Positions 12,491-27,539 of a DNA stretch of 64,000 nt are shown here, piece after piece (position 1 is the first letter of the stretch; every line of letters begins with the position of its first letter). The stretch covers positions 70,432,001 through 70,496,000 of the forward strand of contig OX597828.1 in NCBI GenBank assembly GCA_951406725.2, written 5' to 3'. Below the pieces are notes generated by a model. That model did no database searches and was not told the DNA's origin. It saw only the letters and a program-made list of their open reading frames with translations. This DNA is from Octopus vulgaris (lineage: Eukaryota). The translations under genes were made by a program, and so were the position numbers.

Positions 12491-12521
<31 letters not shown>

Positions 12522-13074
12522 TTGTGTGTATGTGGTGGCGTGTGGCTTAGTGGTTAGGATGTTGGACTCATGATCATAAGATTGTGGTTTCTATTCCTGG
12601 ACCGGGCGACATGTTGTGTTCTTGAGCAAAACACTTCAGTGTCACGTGACAACTTGCTGGGGCTGCCTGCTGGAGCCTTGTGGCAGATATTTAATGGGAA
12701 AATATTTGACAAGACAGTCAGTCGTCTGCTGACACTCGATGACACTACACCGAAGAGGCCAGGGAACAGAAGAAAGAAGACATACAACCAACACCAGAAC
12801 TGGAGACACCTCCGAAAGGGGGGGCCCCACTACGTCAAAATGGTAGGAGAGTAGGGGCCGAAACCAGACGTGGTTCCTCCTGATGATGTCTTGAGCAAAT
12901 TGGATCCTATAAAGGAGCTTTTTTGGTAGCAGACCACGAAACATGGTTGTAATTCCCCACTCCTCTCAGCTGGCAAACAAGAGTAATCCTTTGACAGACC
13001 AGCATCTTGTCCAGGTGGAGAATTTATACACCACTGAAGCCAGGAAACCGGCCATTATGAGCCTGACATACCAG

Positions 13075-13900
13075 AATCAAAGGGCCTTAGAGTTAACCTA
13101 GTAAGTAGGAAGGCAGGCAAATCACAAATCCCTTCGGGTAGATGGCCATGCTTGATCTGTTGAAAAGGCATAGATAGAAACTTTATAAGATGGAGCTGGT
13201 GTAAGCTTTGGACACATAAAAGGTGCAGCAATATCAGAGGAAGTTTGACAGGGAAAATAGCTTTTGTACGTGGAAGGTGCACAGGTGCCAGAAACATTGA
13301 AAAATGTGCAGAAAATAGACTCCATTAACTGCCAGAGGGTTAAGCTAGACATAGTAGGAAGCTTCCATTATCTAGGTGACCAAATTAGTAGCAGAGGTGG
13401 ATGCTCCAAGAATGTAGCTATGAGAATAAGATTAGGATGGGCAAAGTTCAGAGAGCTCCTACCTCTGCTGGCAACAAAGGGCCTCTCCCTCAGAGTGAAA
13501 GGCAGATTGTATGATGTCTGTGTGCGAACAGCCATACTACATGGCAGTGAAACATGGGCTGCGACAGCCGAAGACATGCGTAGGCTTGAAAGAAATTAAA
13601 TCAGTATGCTTCACTGGATGTGCAATGTCAGTGTGCATGTATGACAGAGTGTAAGCATCTTGTGAGAAAAGTTGGGCATAAGAGACATCAGATGTGGTGT
13701 GCAAGAAAGATGATTTCTCTGCTATGGTCATGTGATGCGTATGAGCGAGGACAGCCGTGTAAAGAAGTGCCAATCTCTAACTGTGGAGGGAATCTGTGGT
13801 AGAGGTAGATTCGGGAAGAAGAGGCACAAGCATGATCTCCAAATTTTGAACCTCACAGAGGCAATGACTTTGGTGATATGCTGTGCTTGAGAAGACCCGT
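13075..13900 (+). mobile_element. 5'-truncated RTE-clade LINE remnant (RT thumb and C-terminal region), with stops and frameshifts
   Basis: ESKGLRVN..., a Cys cluster WPCLIC...CKLWTHKRCS, and SFHYLGDQISSRGGC...RIRLGWAKFRELLPLL...KGRLYDVCVRTAILHGSETW, typical of RTE ORF2. Confidence 0.9.
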
Positions 13901-14202
13901 CACATATATGTATATATATGTATGTGTGTATATATGCTTGTGTGTCTGTGTTTGTCTCCCATTCCTGATGCTGGTGTCATGTAACTGGGACTTGTGCTGG
14001 TGGCGCATAAAGAGCACCTTACAAGTGTTAGGCCACACAGAGGTAAAGTGGATGAGTTTCTTTCAAGTGTTGAGCTTCGCAGAGGCAAAGACCAAGACTT
14101 TTGGTGGTGGTGGTGGTGATGATGTATTTATATATATATATATGTATGTGTGTGTGTATGTATATATATATATATAGAGACAAATACATATGTATATGTT
14201 TG

Positions 14203-14263
<61 letters not shown>

Positions 14264-14364
14264 ATACATATATATGTGTATGTATGTATGTATGTATTTA
14301 TAAATGTATGTATATATATATGTATATATATATGTATATATATATGTATATGTATGTATGTATT

Positions 14365-14407
<43 letters not shown>

Positions 14408-14484
14408 GTCTGTGTGTGTGTATGTATGTATGTATTTATATATGTATGTATATATATATATGTAATTATATATATATTTATATG

Positions 14485-14542
<58 letters not shown>

Positions 14543-14607
14543 CATATATATATGCACATATATGTATATATGTATGTGTGTATGTACACACACACAAGCA
14601 TACATTA

Positions 14608-14640
<33 letters not shown>

Positions 14641-14934
14641 CACACTCATATACACCTATGTGTGTATGTGTGCAAATTTATTTGTACATGCATTTGTCAT
14701 TGCATGTTTATCTCTATCTATTCATCTATATACCCAAGTTTGTCTTTGTGTGTTTGTCAGTCTGTATGTATGTTAGTTGTATCTATATATGTGTGTGTGT
14801 ATACATATATGCGTTTCACAATGCTTATGTTTCTATGTGCATATCTCTATGTATATGCATTTGTATTGTGTTAACATATTGTACAATGTATCATCATCAT
14901 CATCATCATTAGTTTTTATTATTAGTATTAATCT

Positions 14935-15450
14935 CATGAGATGCAAAGCAGAAACATATATCGGGACGTGCGTATCGATGTGGACATCTAATATTCCTGG
15001 ATCAATATGTTTGACCATGTCAAATGTATTGATCTATTGATCCATTAACAGGAGACACTGGAAATAAAAAGAGAGACCAGCTTCATAGCAGTTCTTGTTT
15101 ACGCATGAATGGGTTGGCTAAGTCTGTCAGATCAAACAATCACAGCTAGAACTTTGGGAAAACATTGATAAGAATTTATAAAGGATCTGGCATTTCTGGG
15201 AAATTTGCAATCAAATACAGATGAATGTCAGAATCAGATGAATACAGGGTACACAGCAGATGCAACCAAGTAATCTGATGGATTTAGCTGAATCGTGTAT
15301 ACAAGGGAGGTAACTGCTATAAAGTTGGTACTTTTTATTTCTAACTTTCCAACTGATGATCGTGTATACAAGGGAGGTAACTGCTGTAAAGTTGGTACTT
15401 TTCATTTCTAACTTTCCAACTGATGATCCTTTTTTAAAGTGACAAAACCA
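14935..15450 (+). mobile_element. Decayed Penelope-like element: GIY-YIG remnant plus duplicated 3' segment
   Basis: Fragments RCK..YI, SNVLIY and GDTG...LRMNG appear in GIY-YIG order. A 67-bp direct repeat (15292-15358 / 15359-15425) has each unit ending in CTGATG(A). Confidence 0.55.
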
Positions 15451-15729
15451 TGTGTTCCAGATGCCTTCTTTTTTTGTTTGTATCTGTGTTGTGAAGTCTG
15501 TATTGTTTTTGATGTCCCTGTAAACTGCACCGGAATTGAGTTCTTTCACACCTAACACATGGAAATCTATGCTGTGCCGTACATTTTAATTGTCATACTC
15601 ATGTGAGGAAAACTTCTTTCCAAAAGGTTCATTACATTCTATCTTCCAAATAAACCTTTGCAAATAGTTAACTTCTAAGAAAATCTTTCTTTAAATATTG
15701 TGACTGTATCAAGTATTTTTTGCAATAAC

Positions 15730-15765
<36 letters not shown>

Positions 15766-16080
15766 ATCACGGTATCATGGTATTGACCAACAATTGGACA
15801 GTCACAATGCACTTCACATCATTTTAGCTTTCAAGTCATGTTCCCACCCCACTGGTTAGCAGGTGAACAGGCCAACATTACCCCTGATCAGAAGGTTATC
15901 CTATTGCAGGGGGACCCATTTACAGCTGGGTGGACTGGGGTAACAGGAAATGAAGTGGTTTGCTCAACACCACAATGCACTGCCTGGGTCAGTAATCAAG
16001 CACACAATCTAGGGATTACGAGTGCAACACCTTAAGCACTCGGCCAGGTACCTTAACTTACACATACACACTTGCACAAG

Positions 16081-16117
<37 letters not shown>

Positions 16118-16159
16118 CATACACAAACACACACACACACACACACATACATATATGAT

Positions 16160-16310
16160 AGGCTTCTTTCACTTTCCACCGACAAAATTGACTCACAAGG
16201 CCTTGGATGACCCAGGTCTATAGACGAAGACACTTGCCCAAGGAAATCATGCAGTGAAACTGAACCCAGAACCATATGGTTGGGTAGCATACTTCTTACC
16301 ACAGCCATGC

Positions 16311-16312
<2 letters not shown>
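16160..16312 (-). mobile_element. SINE-A 5' half, decayed
   Basis: gacacttgcccaagg...aaccatatggttggg matches the SINE-A head and core. Confidence 0.75.
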
Positions 16313-16341
<29 letters not shown>

Positions 16342-16457
16342 GTTATGTATGCAGTGTATATATACATACATATATATGAGTGTGTGTGTGCAAATGTATA
16401 TATATTTATATATTTAGTTATATATTTATGTATGTATGCATATATACATATATACAT

Positions 16458-16490
<33 letters not shown>

Positions 16491-16559
16491 AGTGCTGGTG
16501 GCTGTGAACTTAGAAGTTGAGATAATGGAATAATTTAGGCTTCAAATAAATACACAAAT

Positions 16560-18355
<1,796 letters not shown>

Positions 18356-18812
18356 GCTTTAGGCCAGAGCTTATCAAGGTTTGCTACTGAGACTAAAAGA
18401 CACTCCCTGAACAGGACACCAGTCTGTCGCAGCATTAACTCCCTTGCTGGGGCTCAATTTCAACTGACTGGACAAGTGTATCTTGGTGTCTACAATGTGT
18501 CACTCAGTTCAACAATCTAACCCATGATCTGAATGTTACTAGTCTAACTACATTATAGTATGTGTGTGTGTGTGTGTGTGTGTTTGAAAGGGTGGAGAAA
18601 TAGCTTTATGCCAGTTATTGAAGGCTAAAGTATGATAAAAGGACAAGCACTTGTATCTTGCTAGAGAGGAGATACCTGGCTACTCTCTATTATCTGAGGG
18701 TGAGTGAGAGTAATTTCAAGGGAAACAAAGATACCCACACCACATACTTTACGTTTGTAATACTCTAATATGTTGCCACTCTTTGACACTCTGCATTTTT
18801 CTTATTCTTCAG

Positions 18813-18866
18813 ATCCTCAATGCAACATCTCCACCAGTTCGCTGCATCAGTCAGCAACCATTCTAC
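18813..18866 (+). CDS. 54-nt symmetric exon, phase-1 reading (N)PQCNISTSSLHQSATIL. Read-through of the donor adds RKKALQSVGGSITSDSSPEPT* (stop near 18931).
   Basis: Strong acceptor tttttcttattcttcAG at 18811-18812 and donor GTAAGA at 18867. Length is a multiple of 3 and all three frames are open. Confidence 0.6.
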
Positions 18867-19261
18867 GTAAGAAAGCGTTACAGTCTGTGGGAGGCAGCAT
18901 CACCAGCGATTCTTCACCAGAACCGACTTAATCCCAAAGTAACTACCACCCTCTCTTCATACAAACTTATCTTTAAGCCTCACAGACTCCATATTAATTC
19001 CTCGTAATCCCAACCCAATAACAGTAATTTTAGCATTTTCAAATTCTTTATCTCAATTCCAATTTTACTGAAACCTCCTGGACCTTCTCATCAGTTTAAC
19101 CAATGAGGGTGCAGCAAGACACAGCTGCAAAATGACCATTGCATTAAAGCCATCTGTCTGCATGGTGAAAACTGAAGACTTCCAGTTGCATCCTTTATTT
19201 GTCCTCGTCTCTTTCCCTATCAGCACTGGACTTAATAAAGAAAGTGTCCTGGGGCCTGCTG

Positions 19262-19470
19262 AACAAACACAGACACACAAATACATACATACATGCATGT
19301 ATATACATGACAGGTTTCTTTCAGCTTCCATCTACCAAATCCACTCACAAGGCTTTGGTCAGCCTGTGGCTATAGTAGAAGACACTTGCCCAAGGTGCCA
19401 TGCAGTGAGATTGAACCTAGAACCATGTGGTTGGGAAGCAAGCTTCTTACCACACACCCACTCCTGCACC
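19262..19470 (-). mobile_element. SINE-A 5' half
   Basis: ctaccaaatccactcacaaggctttggtc...gacacttgcccaaggtgcca. Confidence 0.85.
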
Positions 19471-19719
19471 TATATTCTTATAATCCAATGCTATTAGGAA
19501 TAGTATGAAAACAAAATATTTTGTATATTCTAGAAATATAAGCAATTTATTGCAGATATATTTTAACGATAAAACCTTGTGGAACCCCCCCCTCCTCCCC
19601 AGATCATATGGACCCTGGGTGAGAACTCCTGCCCTAGATACTATTCTCTGACTCTGAAAATTCTAAGACTGTATGTCATAAATGCAAATAATGTTTTTTT
19701 CTTTTTGTCTTCTTTCCAG

Positions 19720-19832
19720 AGTTCCATTCCATGGTATCTAACAACTGATTCCTACCATTGTACCATTCACATGTGTGAGGTCTGTCCACTGGACACAGAT
19801 GACAGACACAGTTTAGGGACTTTTCATTACAG
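19720..19832 (+). CDS. Candidate 113-nt cassette exon; the phase-1 frame gives (Q)FHSMVSNN* (truncating or poison exon)
   Basis: Very strong polypyrimidine acceptor ttttctttttgtcttctttccAG and donor CAG|GTACGT at 19833. Confidence 0.4.
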
Positions 19833-20127
19833 GTACGTGTCTGTCTGCTCTCATCGTTTATACCAGTAATATACCAGTGTTCCAGTAATATATTGGTGTC
19901 CCATGCGTTCGAGGGTAGCATCTACCTCTCCCTTGTACAGCTGTTTTGCTGCCACCTGGTTGGCATCATTGATTTGACACTCACTTATTTGACACCAGTT
20001 TATTTAATGCTTCTCTTATTCTCTCTCTCTCTCTTTCTTTGTGTATGTGTGTGAGGGAAGGAATAATGTTTATGCCAGTTGTGTTCAATTAATAAACTGT
20101 AATATCTCTTTCTCTCTTCCTTCCTTC

Positions 20128-20158
<31 letters not shown>

Positions 20159-20198
20159 CAAATATCTAGACATTATGTTTGTTTGTACTTGCAATGTT

Positions 20199-20241
<43 letters not shown>

Positions 20242-20799
20242 GTTTCTGTCTGTCTTTTTGTCTGATTGTCTGTCTGTCTCTCACTCCTTCTCTCACTACC
20301 TCTCTCTCTCTCTCCCTTTCTCTCTCCCTCTCTGCTTGTGACCAGATTTCTCTTTATGTGTCTGAGAAGGAATAGTGTTCATGTCAATCATGTTCAATTA
20401 ATAAAATATAGTCTTTCTCTCTCTCTCTCTCTCTTTCTCTCTCCCTTTCTCTCTTTCTCTCTCCGTTTCTCTCTCTCTCTCTTTCTTTCTCTTTCTCTCT
20501 CTCTCTCCCTCTCTCTCCCCCCTCTCTATGAATATATTTCTGCAAGCACACATGATTATTTATCACCAGCCCCAAAACATTCCCGTCGGCCAAAACAGGC
20601 TGCATGTCCAACCAGCCATGCCAAATGGTCTGTGTCCAGCAGCTGCACCAAATTGTCCCATTCCAGTGTAACACATCTCATTACCATACAACTGTAACAT
20701 TTTGGTGTAACATATGAGTGTCTCAATGTGTCTCAATTCTCACCATATAATCGTAACATACTGGTGTAACATGTGGGTGTGACTATATCACTGTAACAT

Positions 20800-21032
20800 A
20801 GGGCGGTGAGCTGGCAGAAACGTTAGCACGCCGGGCAAAATGCTTAGCGGTATTTCGTCTGTCGTTACATTCTGAGTTCAAATTCCGCCGAGGTCGACTT
20901 TGCCTTTCATCCTTTCGGAGTCAATAAATAAAGTACCAGTTTCACACTGGGCTCAATGTAATCGACTTAATCCGTTTGTCTGTTCTTGTTTGTCTTCTCT
21001 TTGTTTAGCCCCTTGTGGGTAGTAAAGAAATA
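20800..21032 (+). mobile_element. SINE-B (tRNA-like head, Meta-domain-like centre), young copy with a 16-bp TSD
   Basis: ggcggtgagctggcagaaacgttagc...gagttcaaattcc...gcctttcatcctttcgg..tcaataaataaagtaccag. TSD tatatcactgtaacat at 20784-20799 and 21033-21048. Confidence 0.9.
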
Positions 21033-21769
21033 TATATCACTGTAACATTGGTGTAACATGTATAAATATGACACCTCACACCTCTCGCTTGCAGTGTCCA
21101 TTCTCTTCTCCATTTGCAGAATTTCAAAAATTCCTTCTTGGTTTCTTTTTTTTTTTTAATTCGTATGAAGTAAAAGCCAACCTAAAAACATGGTATTATT
21201 CTTGCCTGTGGTTTTGTTAATAATATTAATGGATAATCCTGAAAGTGGTGAGTGGCAGAATTGCTTGCATGCCAAGGCAAAATGCTTCCTGGCATTTTGT
21301 CCATTTTCACATTCTGAGTTCAAATGCCGCTGGGGTTGATAAAATAAGTATCATTTAAGCGCTGGGATTGATGTAATCAGATTTGCCCCTCCCCACAAAA
21401 CTAATCATCATCTGCCAAAATTTGAAAGCAATATTAAGAGATAATCCAATATGCTGTTAAACCCTTTTGTTACCGTATTTATTTTGAGATGTTCTGTGTT
21501 TCTTTCAATTAGTTTTAAATATAACAAAGAATTTAGTAAAATAACTTAGTTATCATTAAGCTAGGGTCAGGAACATAAATTGTGACTAAGGTTTGGTGGA
21601 AGATTTTAATTCAAAACTTTTGAAAACAAGACATTTGTATCACAGAGCCAAAGACCCTTCATTATCAAAATAAATATTTAGGATTTCAGTAGTTTTAATT
21701 TCCACCAAAATACAAAGAAGACGTTACCCTTGGGCAATGCATGAACCACACAGAATCTTATCAACATAG

Positions 21770-22108
21770 CATGTCCGGTGACAACAGGATCAGTGTGAAA
21801 GAAGAAAAAATAAACAACTATGATGATTTGAAGTGGGAAATACAAAGGTTGTGGTCAATGAAGAGAGTAGAGGTGATACCCAGGGTAATTGGTGCACTTG
21901 GAAGTATCAGCACTCAACTACCAACATGGCTGGAAAAGATTGGTGCAAGTGTGAAGGTAGAACACCTACAAAAACCAGCATTGCTTGGAACTGCAAGAAT
22001 TCTTCGCAGGATTCTTGAAGCATGACCAGTAAACAAGTGTCACGTTAGTCTGTTGGCTGTGGACAGCTGACACTTTCCATCATGCCTAGCAATACAAGCT
22101 GTGAGTTG

Positions 22109-22110
<2 letters not shown>
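21770..22110 (+). mobile_element. R4/Dong-clade non-LTR retrotransposon 3' end (RLE endonuclease C-terminus) followed by (TAA)n
   Basis: KEEKINNYDDLKWEIQRLWSMKRVEVIPRVIGALGSI...LQKPALLGTARILRRIL is the R4/Dong RLE tail signature. A short 3' UTR runs straight into about 25 TAA units. Confidence 0.85.
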
Positions 22111-22185
<75 letters not shown>

Positions 22186-22316
22186 CTTTTCTACTCTAGG
22201 CACAAGGCACAAAATTTTAGAGAAGGATTCCAGTCGATTAGATTGACCCCAGTGCGTAACTGGTACTTAATTTATTGACCTAGTAAGGATGAAAGGCATG
22301 CACTGCTCTCTCACTC

Positions 22317-22363
<47 letters not shown>

Positions 22364-22573
22364 TCCTCTTTACTGCAAGTAGAAGGTCTGAAATTTTAGA
22401 GGAGGCTACTTGTTTACATTGACCTCAATACATAGCTGGTACTTGTCTTATTGAACCAGAAAGAAGGAAAGACAAAGTTGACCTTGTCTGAACTTGAACT
22501 CAGAGCATAAGACAGATGAAATGCTGCAAAGCATTTTGTCTTGTGTGCTAATAATTCTGCCAGCTCACCACCT
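22186..22573 (-). mobile_element. Two SINE-B copies (22186-22297 truncated; 22365-22573) within (AAT)n tracts
   Basis: gaccccagtgcgtaactggtactt...ggatgaaaggc, and gaactcaga...tctgccagctcaccacc. Confidence 0.8.
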
Positions 22574-22648
22574 TAATTAATTATAATGATGATGATGATG
22601 ATGATGATTTCTTTTAATTACTTTTTTTGTGTTTGTGTTCTATTTTAG

Positions 22649-22665
22649 AGGGTGTGACAGCGTGA
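22649..22665 (+). CDS. Candidate alternative last exon, phase 1: (Q)GVTA*
   Basis: Acceptor tttgtgttctattttAG at 22647-22648. Unique UTR-like sequence follows, with AATAAA at 22737 and 22748. Confidence 0.45.
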
Positions 22666-24161
22666 AGTAAATCTGGAGCCAATATTTCTAACGAAGCACA
22701 ATTACTGTGAATTGTTTACCGAGCGGCAGAAAAAGAAATAAACAAACAATAAAAAAAAGCAACAACTGTAGATCATCGAGGAATTGACCCCTAAAAGATT
22801 CTGAAATCCCTTAAAATAACTTTATGATTCAAATGTTGAAGAACTTTTATTATTTTTGCGGGATACCTTTTTTGGTGTTTGCTGAGTCCTAGTGTGACTA
22901 AAAGACCTCAGCGAAAACCAATCTGGGACCGAAACCAATTCCTTGAGGAATACTGGAACTTTGGAATCCCCTGAAAGCAGAAAAAAAAAGAAAAAAGAAA
23001 ATAAAACTTTATTATTGAACAAATAGGGAGTCATAAGGTCCTCGATGTTCAGGCTGGGGATTTATATTTTTTTTCTAATTTTTTTCTTTTCTTTTTTCTT
23101 TTGCGTTTTTTTTTTTTTTTTCTGAATTAAGTGAATTCTAAGCCGAGAGAACGCAAATCGCTGAGAACCATTCTGACTGAGTGAAAGACGGAGGTCGCAA
23201 AAACTAAAACGCATTTTAATCAGAGAAAAGACTGAGAAGCTAATTATTTTGAAACTGCGAGGGGTCTAACTGGCACCCCAGCATGAAACTTTTTTATTTT
23301 TTTATTTTTTTATTTTTTAATATCATTATTTATTATAATTATTATTAATATTATTATATATTTTTTTTTTTTTTTGCTGTTGTTTTACTTGTTCCGAAAA
23401 CCCTCATTTTCATCCCCTCAGTAATTTGATCTTTTAATGATTACCAGGGTGCAAAGGGAACTTGGTGTGCACAACAATACAAGGGTTTGCCCCTTAATTG
23501 TGCATTTGAAAGGAGTTGAGGGCAATGTTCTAATTTTTTTGTGGGTTTTTTTTTTATCTTCTTCTTCTTCTTCTAAAGGGGTGGGTTTTCTTCTTAGAAT
23601 TTAAGGGTTTATCAAAATTGTCCCTTTTACTCCCCCTCCTCCGAAACCATTGCTGCTAATTATATTGCCTTCACCATGGATACTGTACTGTCTGGAGTGA
23701 GACAGGGTGACAGACAGGGTGACAGACAGGGTTGACATGCAGTCACAAACCAGTTGCCCTTTCTGACAACAACAACAGCAACAGCAGCAGCAGCAGCAGA
23801 AGCAGCAGGGGTAGCAGTAGTAGTAATCTTGTTTTATGCCATTTGATTAGCAGATATTGTGATTATCTGCCTAAATATTTTGATATCAGCCCCCACCCAC
23901 CCCATTTTATTCATGTCTACACATACACACACACACACACATATTTATACTTACATGTGCACACACACATGTACCCGTACAATTTTATATTCCCTGACAC
24001 ATACAATGTACACCCATAAATAAGCACACACAAAACATAACACATACATATACACACACACACATACAGACATCTCTACACATACACATACACTGAATTA
24101 CATGTACTTAAGTATACACAACCCAAACAGTATATACAATTATAATACTATATATATACAT

Positions 24162-24192
<31 letters not shown>

Positions 24193-24611
24193 CATATATA
24201 TATGTATATGTGTATGTATATACATGCATGTAGATGTGTATATATATACATATATATATATATAAATATATGTATGTATATGTGTGTGTATATATATATA
24301 CATGTATGTAGATGTGTATATATATATATACACATACATATATATATATGTGTATATATATATATACACATACATATATATATATATGTATATATATATA
24401 TACATACTTATATGTATATATATATGTATATAAATGTATATATATGTATATATATATGTATATGTATATATGTATATATGTATATGTATGTATATATGTA
24501 TATGTATATATATATATATGTGTGTGTATATATATACATATATATATATAAATATATGTATGTATATGTGTATATATATATATACATGTATGTAGATGTG
24601 TATATATATAC

Positions 24612-24648
<37 letters not shown>

Positions 24649-25132
24649 TATATGTATATATATGTATGTATACCTCCATATTTATAATCCACAGCATCAT
24701 GAAAACACACACACACAAATCATTCTTCTTCTTCTTCTTCTTCTTCCTCCTCCTTCTCCTCCTCCAACCAATTAGATGTTCTGATGTTGTTCGCTGGGGT
24801 GATTCATTCCTCATATTGAAACCAATAGGGGGAAACAGTGCCATCTGCAACCAATTAAAACAGCATCCCTTGATCACCACCCTTCCCACTCACCCACCCA
24901 CCCCCACCCGCCGCCACCTTCTGGTCCATCTCTCCTTTTATCCCCTCCTCCTCCTCCACCCCCTCTACTAATACTACTACTGCTGCTGTTGCTCCTCCAA
25001 GATGTTCATTCTTATGCTTGTGCAGCCACCATCACCACCACCACCACCACCGCCATCACCACCACCACCACCACCATCACCACCACCTGCTGTTTCTGCA
25101 TGTGTTAGTTTGAAAACATGCTCTGTATTCAG

Positions 25133-25168
25133 ACACCTCACCATCTCCTGACCCTCCCCCTCTGTCAG
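25133..25168 (+). CDS. Candidate 36-nt symmetric phase-1 exon: (H)TSPSPDPPPLS
   Basis: Acceptor ctctgtattcAG and donor CAG|GTACCT. Length is a multiple of 3, and TGCATG lies about 35 nt upstream. Confidence 0.35.
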
Positions 25169-25485
25169 GTACCTATCCACCTCCTTAGTACCCCACACCC
25201 TGTCGTCAGTTCTTTACTCTTCAAGGCACCATTTACATGACAATTTACATCAATACACCCCACCCCACCCCCATCCAACACTTCCATTGTGCAATCCCCC
25301 CTCTCCCCCAACGGCGTCACCCCCACCCCCAGACCGCCACACCTTTACCAAGATGGAATGTCCGCATTTATCTATTTCTTCTCTCTTTTGTTTTCTCTTT
25401 CTCTGCCGTTCTTGTGGTTGTAGTTGTTGTTGTTGTCTTTGTTCATCCTGTTGATGTTGTTTATTGTCCCTGAGTCTGATTTTTC

Positions 25486-25520
<35 letters not shown>

Positions 25521-25848
25521 TTTTGGTGTTTTATAATTATTTTTTTTCCCCTTTTTCTAATTCCTGAAGGTTCTTTTAATATCTGCAGAACTCCATTGAA
25601 TTGTGAAGTATGAACAAGGTGCTAAACTTGTCAAAAAACACTCCCCCTCTCTCCCTTTCCTCTCTCGCACACACACACACACACACACCGAATTTATCTG
25701 TCTAATTAAATACCCATGTTTCATAGCCTCAATAGGGCCATCGTCATATATACTCCACACATTTTTTTCTCCTCTCGCATTTTCTCAAACATGCTCCGGT
25801 GATCTCCTGCAAGATGTCAGTAGTTCTCTTTCTTCTCCTTCCCCGTAG

Positions 25849-25859
25849 AGGCTCACTGA
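25849..25859 (+). CDS. Candidate alternative last exon, phase 1: (E/Q)AH*
   Basis: Strong acceptor ttctctttcttctccttccccgtAG at 25847-25848 and AATAAA at 25932-25937. Confidence 0.4.
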
Positions 25860-26264
25860 CCTACCACCATCCAGCACTACATCAAGCAAACAGAAATTAG
25901 ATTTTTCATCATTTTCTTGACAAGAAGACCTAATAAATCAAAGCTATGTAAATATATTGAAATTTGAAGAGGAATTAGTAGAGTAGACATCTCCATCACT
26001 TACTGGAGCAATACAAACAAAAACATTAGTAGCAGCCGTCTAATTAATACTAATCAACACATTTGTGTGTGTATATACAACCGCAAACATTTACACACAG
26101 GTTGGTTTGTGTTCTAAACATCCAGCCAACCAACAGCTGTACGCAGTCTGTTTATTCCAATGTATTATATATCCATACATTGTGTCTAGTTAAATATCTA
26201 ACCAGTTAGTATTTACACACTCTCTGACTCCCTATCTAGTCAATATTTACACATCGCACCTTAA

Positions 26265-26725
26265 TATACAAGTGGAAAATCCTAGAAGGGCCAGTACCTA
26301 ATTTTGGCATTGAGTGTTATACAAATGCCAGAATTGGCCACCATTGTATTGTACCAAAGGTACCATCCACTCCATCTAAATTGAGGACCAGGTACTGCAA
26401 TAGTCTCAGGTTCAAAGGCCCACAGATCTTCAAAGCCCTGCCTCAAACATTAAGAAATTTGCATAAGTTGGAAGTAAATGTCTTCAAAATGGATCTAGAC
26501 ATCGTCCTCTTCACAATACCGGATGACCCAACAGCCCGACACGAGGTGAAGACGAGGGCAGCAGAATCAAACTCCCTTATACATTAAATGTACAAATAGC
26601 TGGGATAAAGGCACATATAGGAGTGGTGATGTGAAACACCCAGACTGAGGAAATCAGAAAGACCATGGTGCTGCTCCAGCATGACTGCGGCCACATGGAT
26701 GAAATGAGTCAAAGAGTAAAAGAGT
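26265..26725 (+). mobile_element. CR1-group LINE 3' end
   Basis: WKILEGPVPNFG...NSLRFKGPQIFKALPQTLRNL...FKMDLDIVLFTIPDDP...RAAESNSL. The 3' UTR ends ctccagcatgactgcggcc...gagtaaaagag. Confidence 0.8.
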
Positions 26726-26755
26726 ATGTATATATATATATATATACATACATAA

Positions 26756-27068
26756 TGTTGCATCTTGGGAGGGTCATTACGTCAATAATAATAATAATCA
26801 CACATGCACTGGTTCAATATCACTTCTTTATTGTTTGTGAATAGCGAAGATCCTGAGGGGGAGAGGAGGAGACAAGTCCCTGAGAAGGTCGCGAGTAACA
26901 ACAAAAGGACTTTGACTGACAAACAACCGATTGTTTAACTGGCACATTAAACAAATGATTGATTAGTTAATTGGTTGGATATTTAATCAATTGACTAACA
27001 GTAAAGAAGTGATATTGAACCTGTGTGTGTGTGTGTTATTGGTGTAACGACCCTCCCAAGACACAACA
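26756..27068. mobile_element. MITE-like element with about 70-bp inverted termini
   Basis: gttgcatcttgggagggtcattac...ggttcaatatcacttcttta versus taaagaagtgatattgaacc...gtaacgaccctcccaagacacaac. Confidence 0.7.
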
Positions 27069-27126
27069 AGATTTGTTTGAACACATGAATTCATATCAAG
27101 AATTTTGCAAACCAAATACAAAAACA

Positions 27127-27165
<39 letters not shown>

Positions 27166-27539
27166 GATATATTTTCAGTACTGGTGCTAAGATAAATTCT
27201 ATACAGTACACAATGTAATGTGGTTGGTGTTAGGGCAGGCATCCAGCTATAGAAACCATGTCAAAACTGGAACATGTGAGGGAGATGTGGTCCCTTTGAC
27301 CTGTCTCAGAAGGTAGTAACTTCAAATAAGGAGAGACTCTGACTGTGATGACCTGCCCATCACATGCCAGCATGGAAAGCAGTGTAAAATGATGATGATG
27401 GTGTTGGTGGTGGTCTTGGTGATTATGGCCACAATGATGACTCATGCATCATACGTATGCATACTTTACACACAGATATATAAATACAGAACTATGTGTG
27501 TGTGTGTATATATATATACAAACAACCGATATATATATA

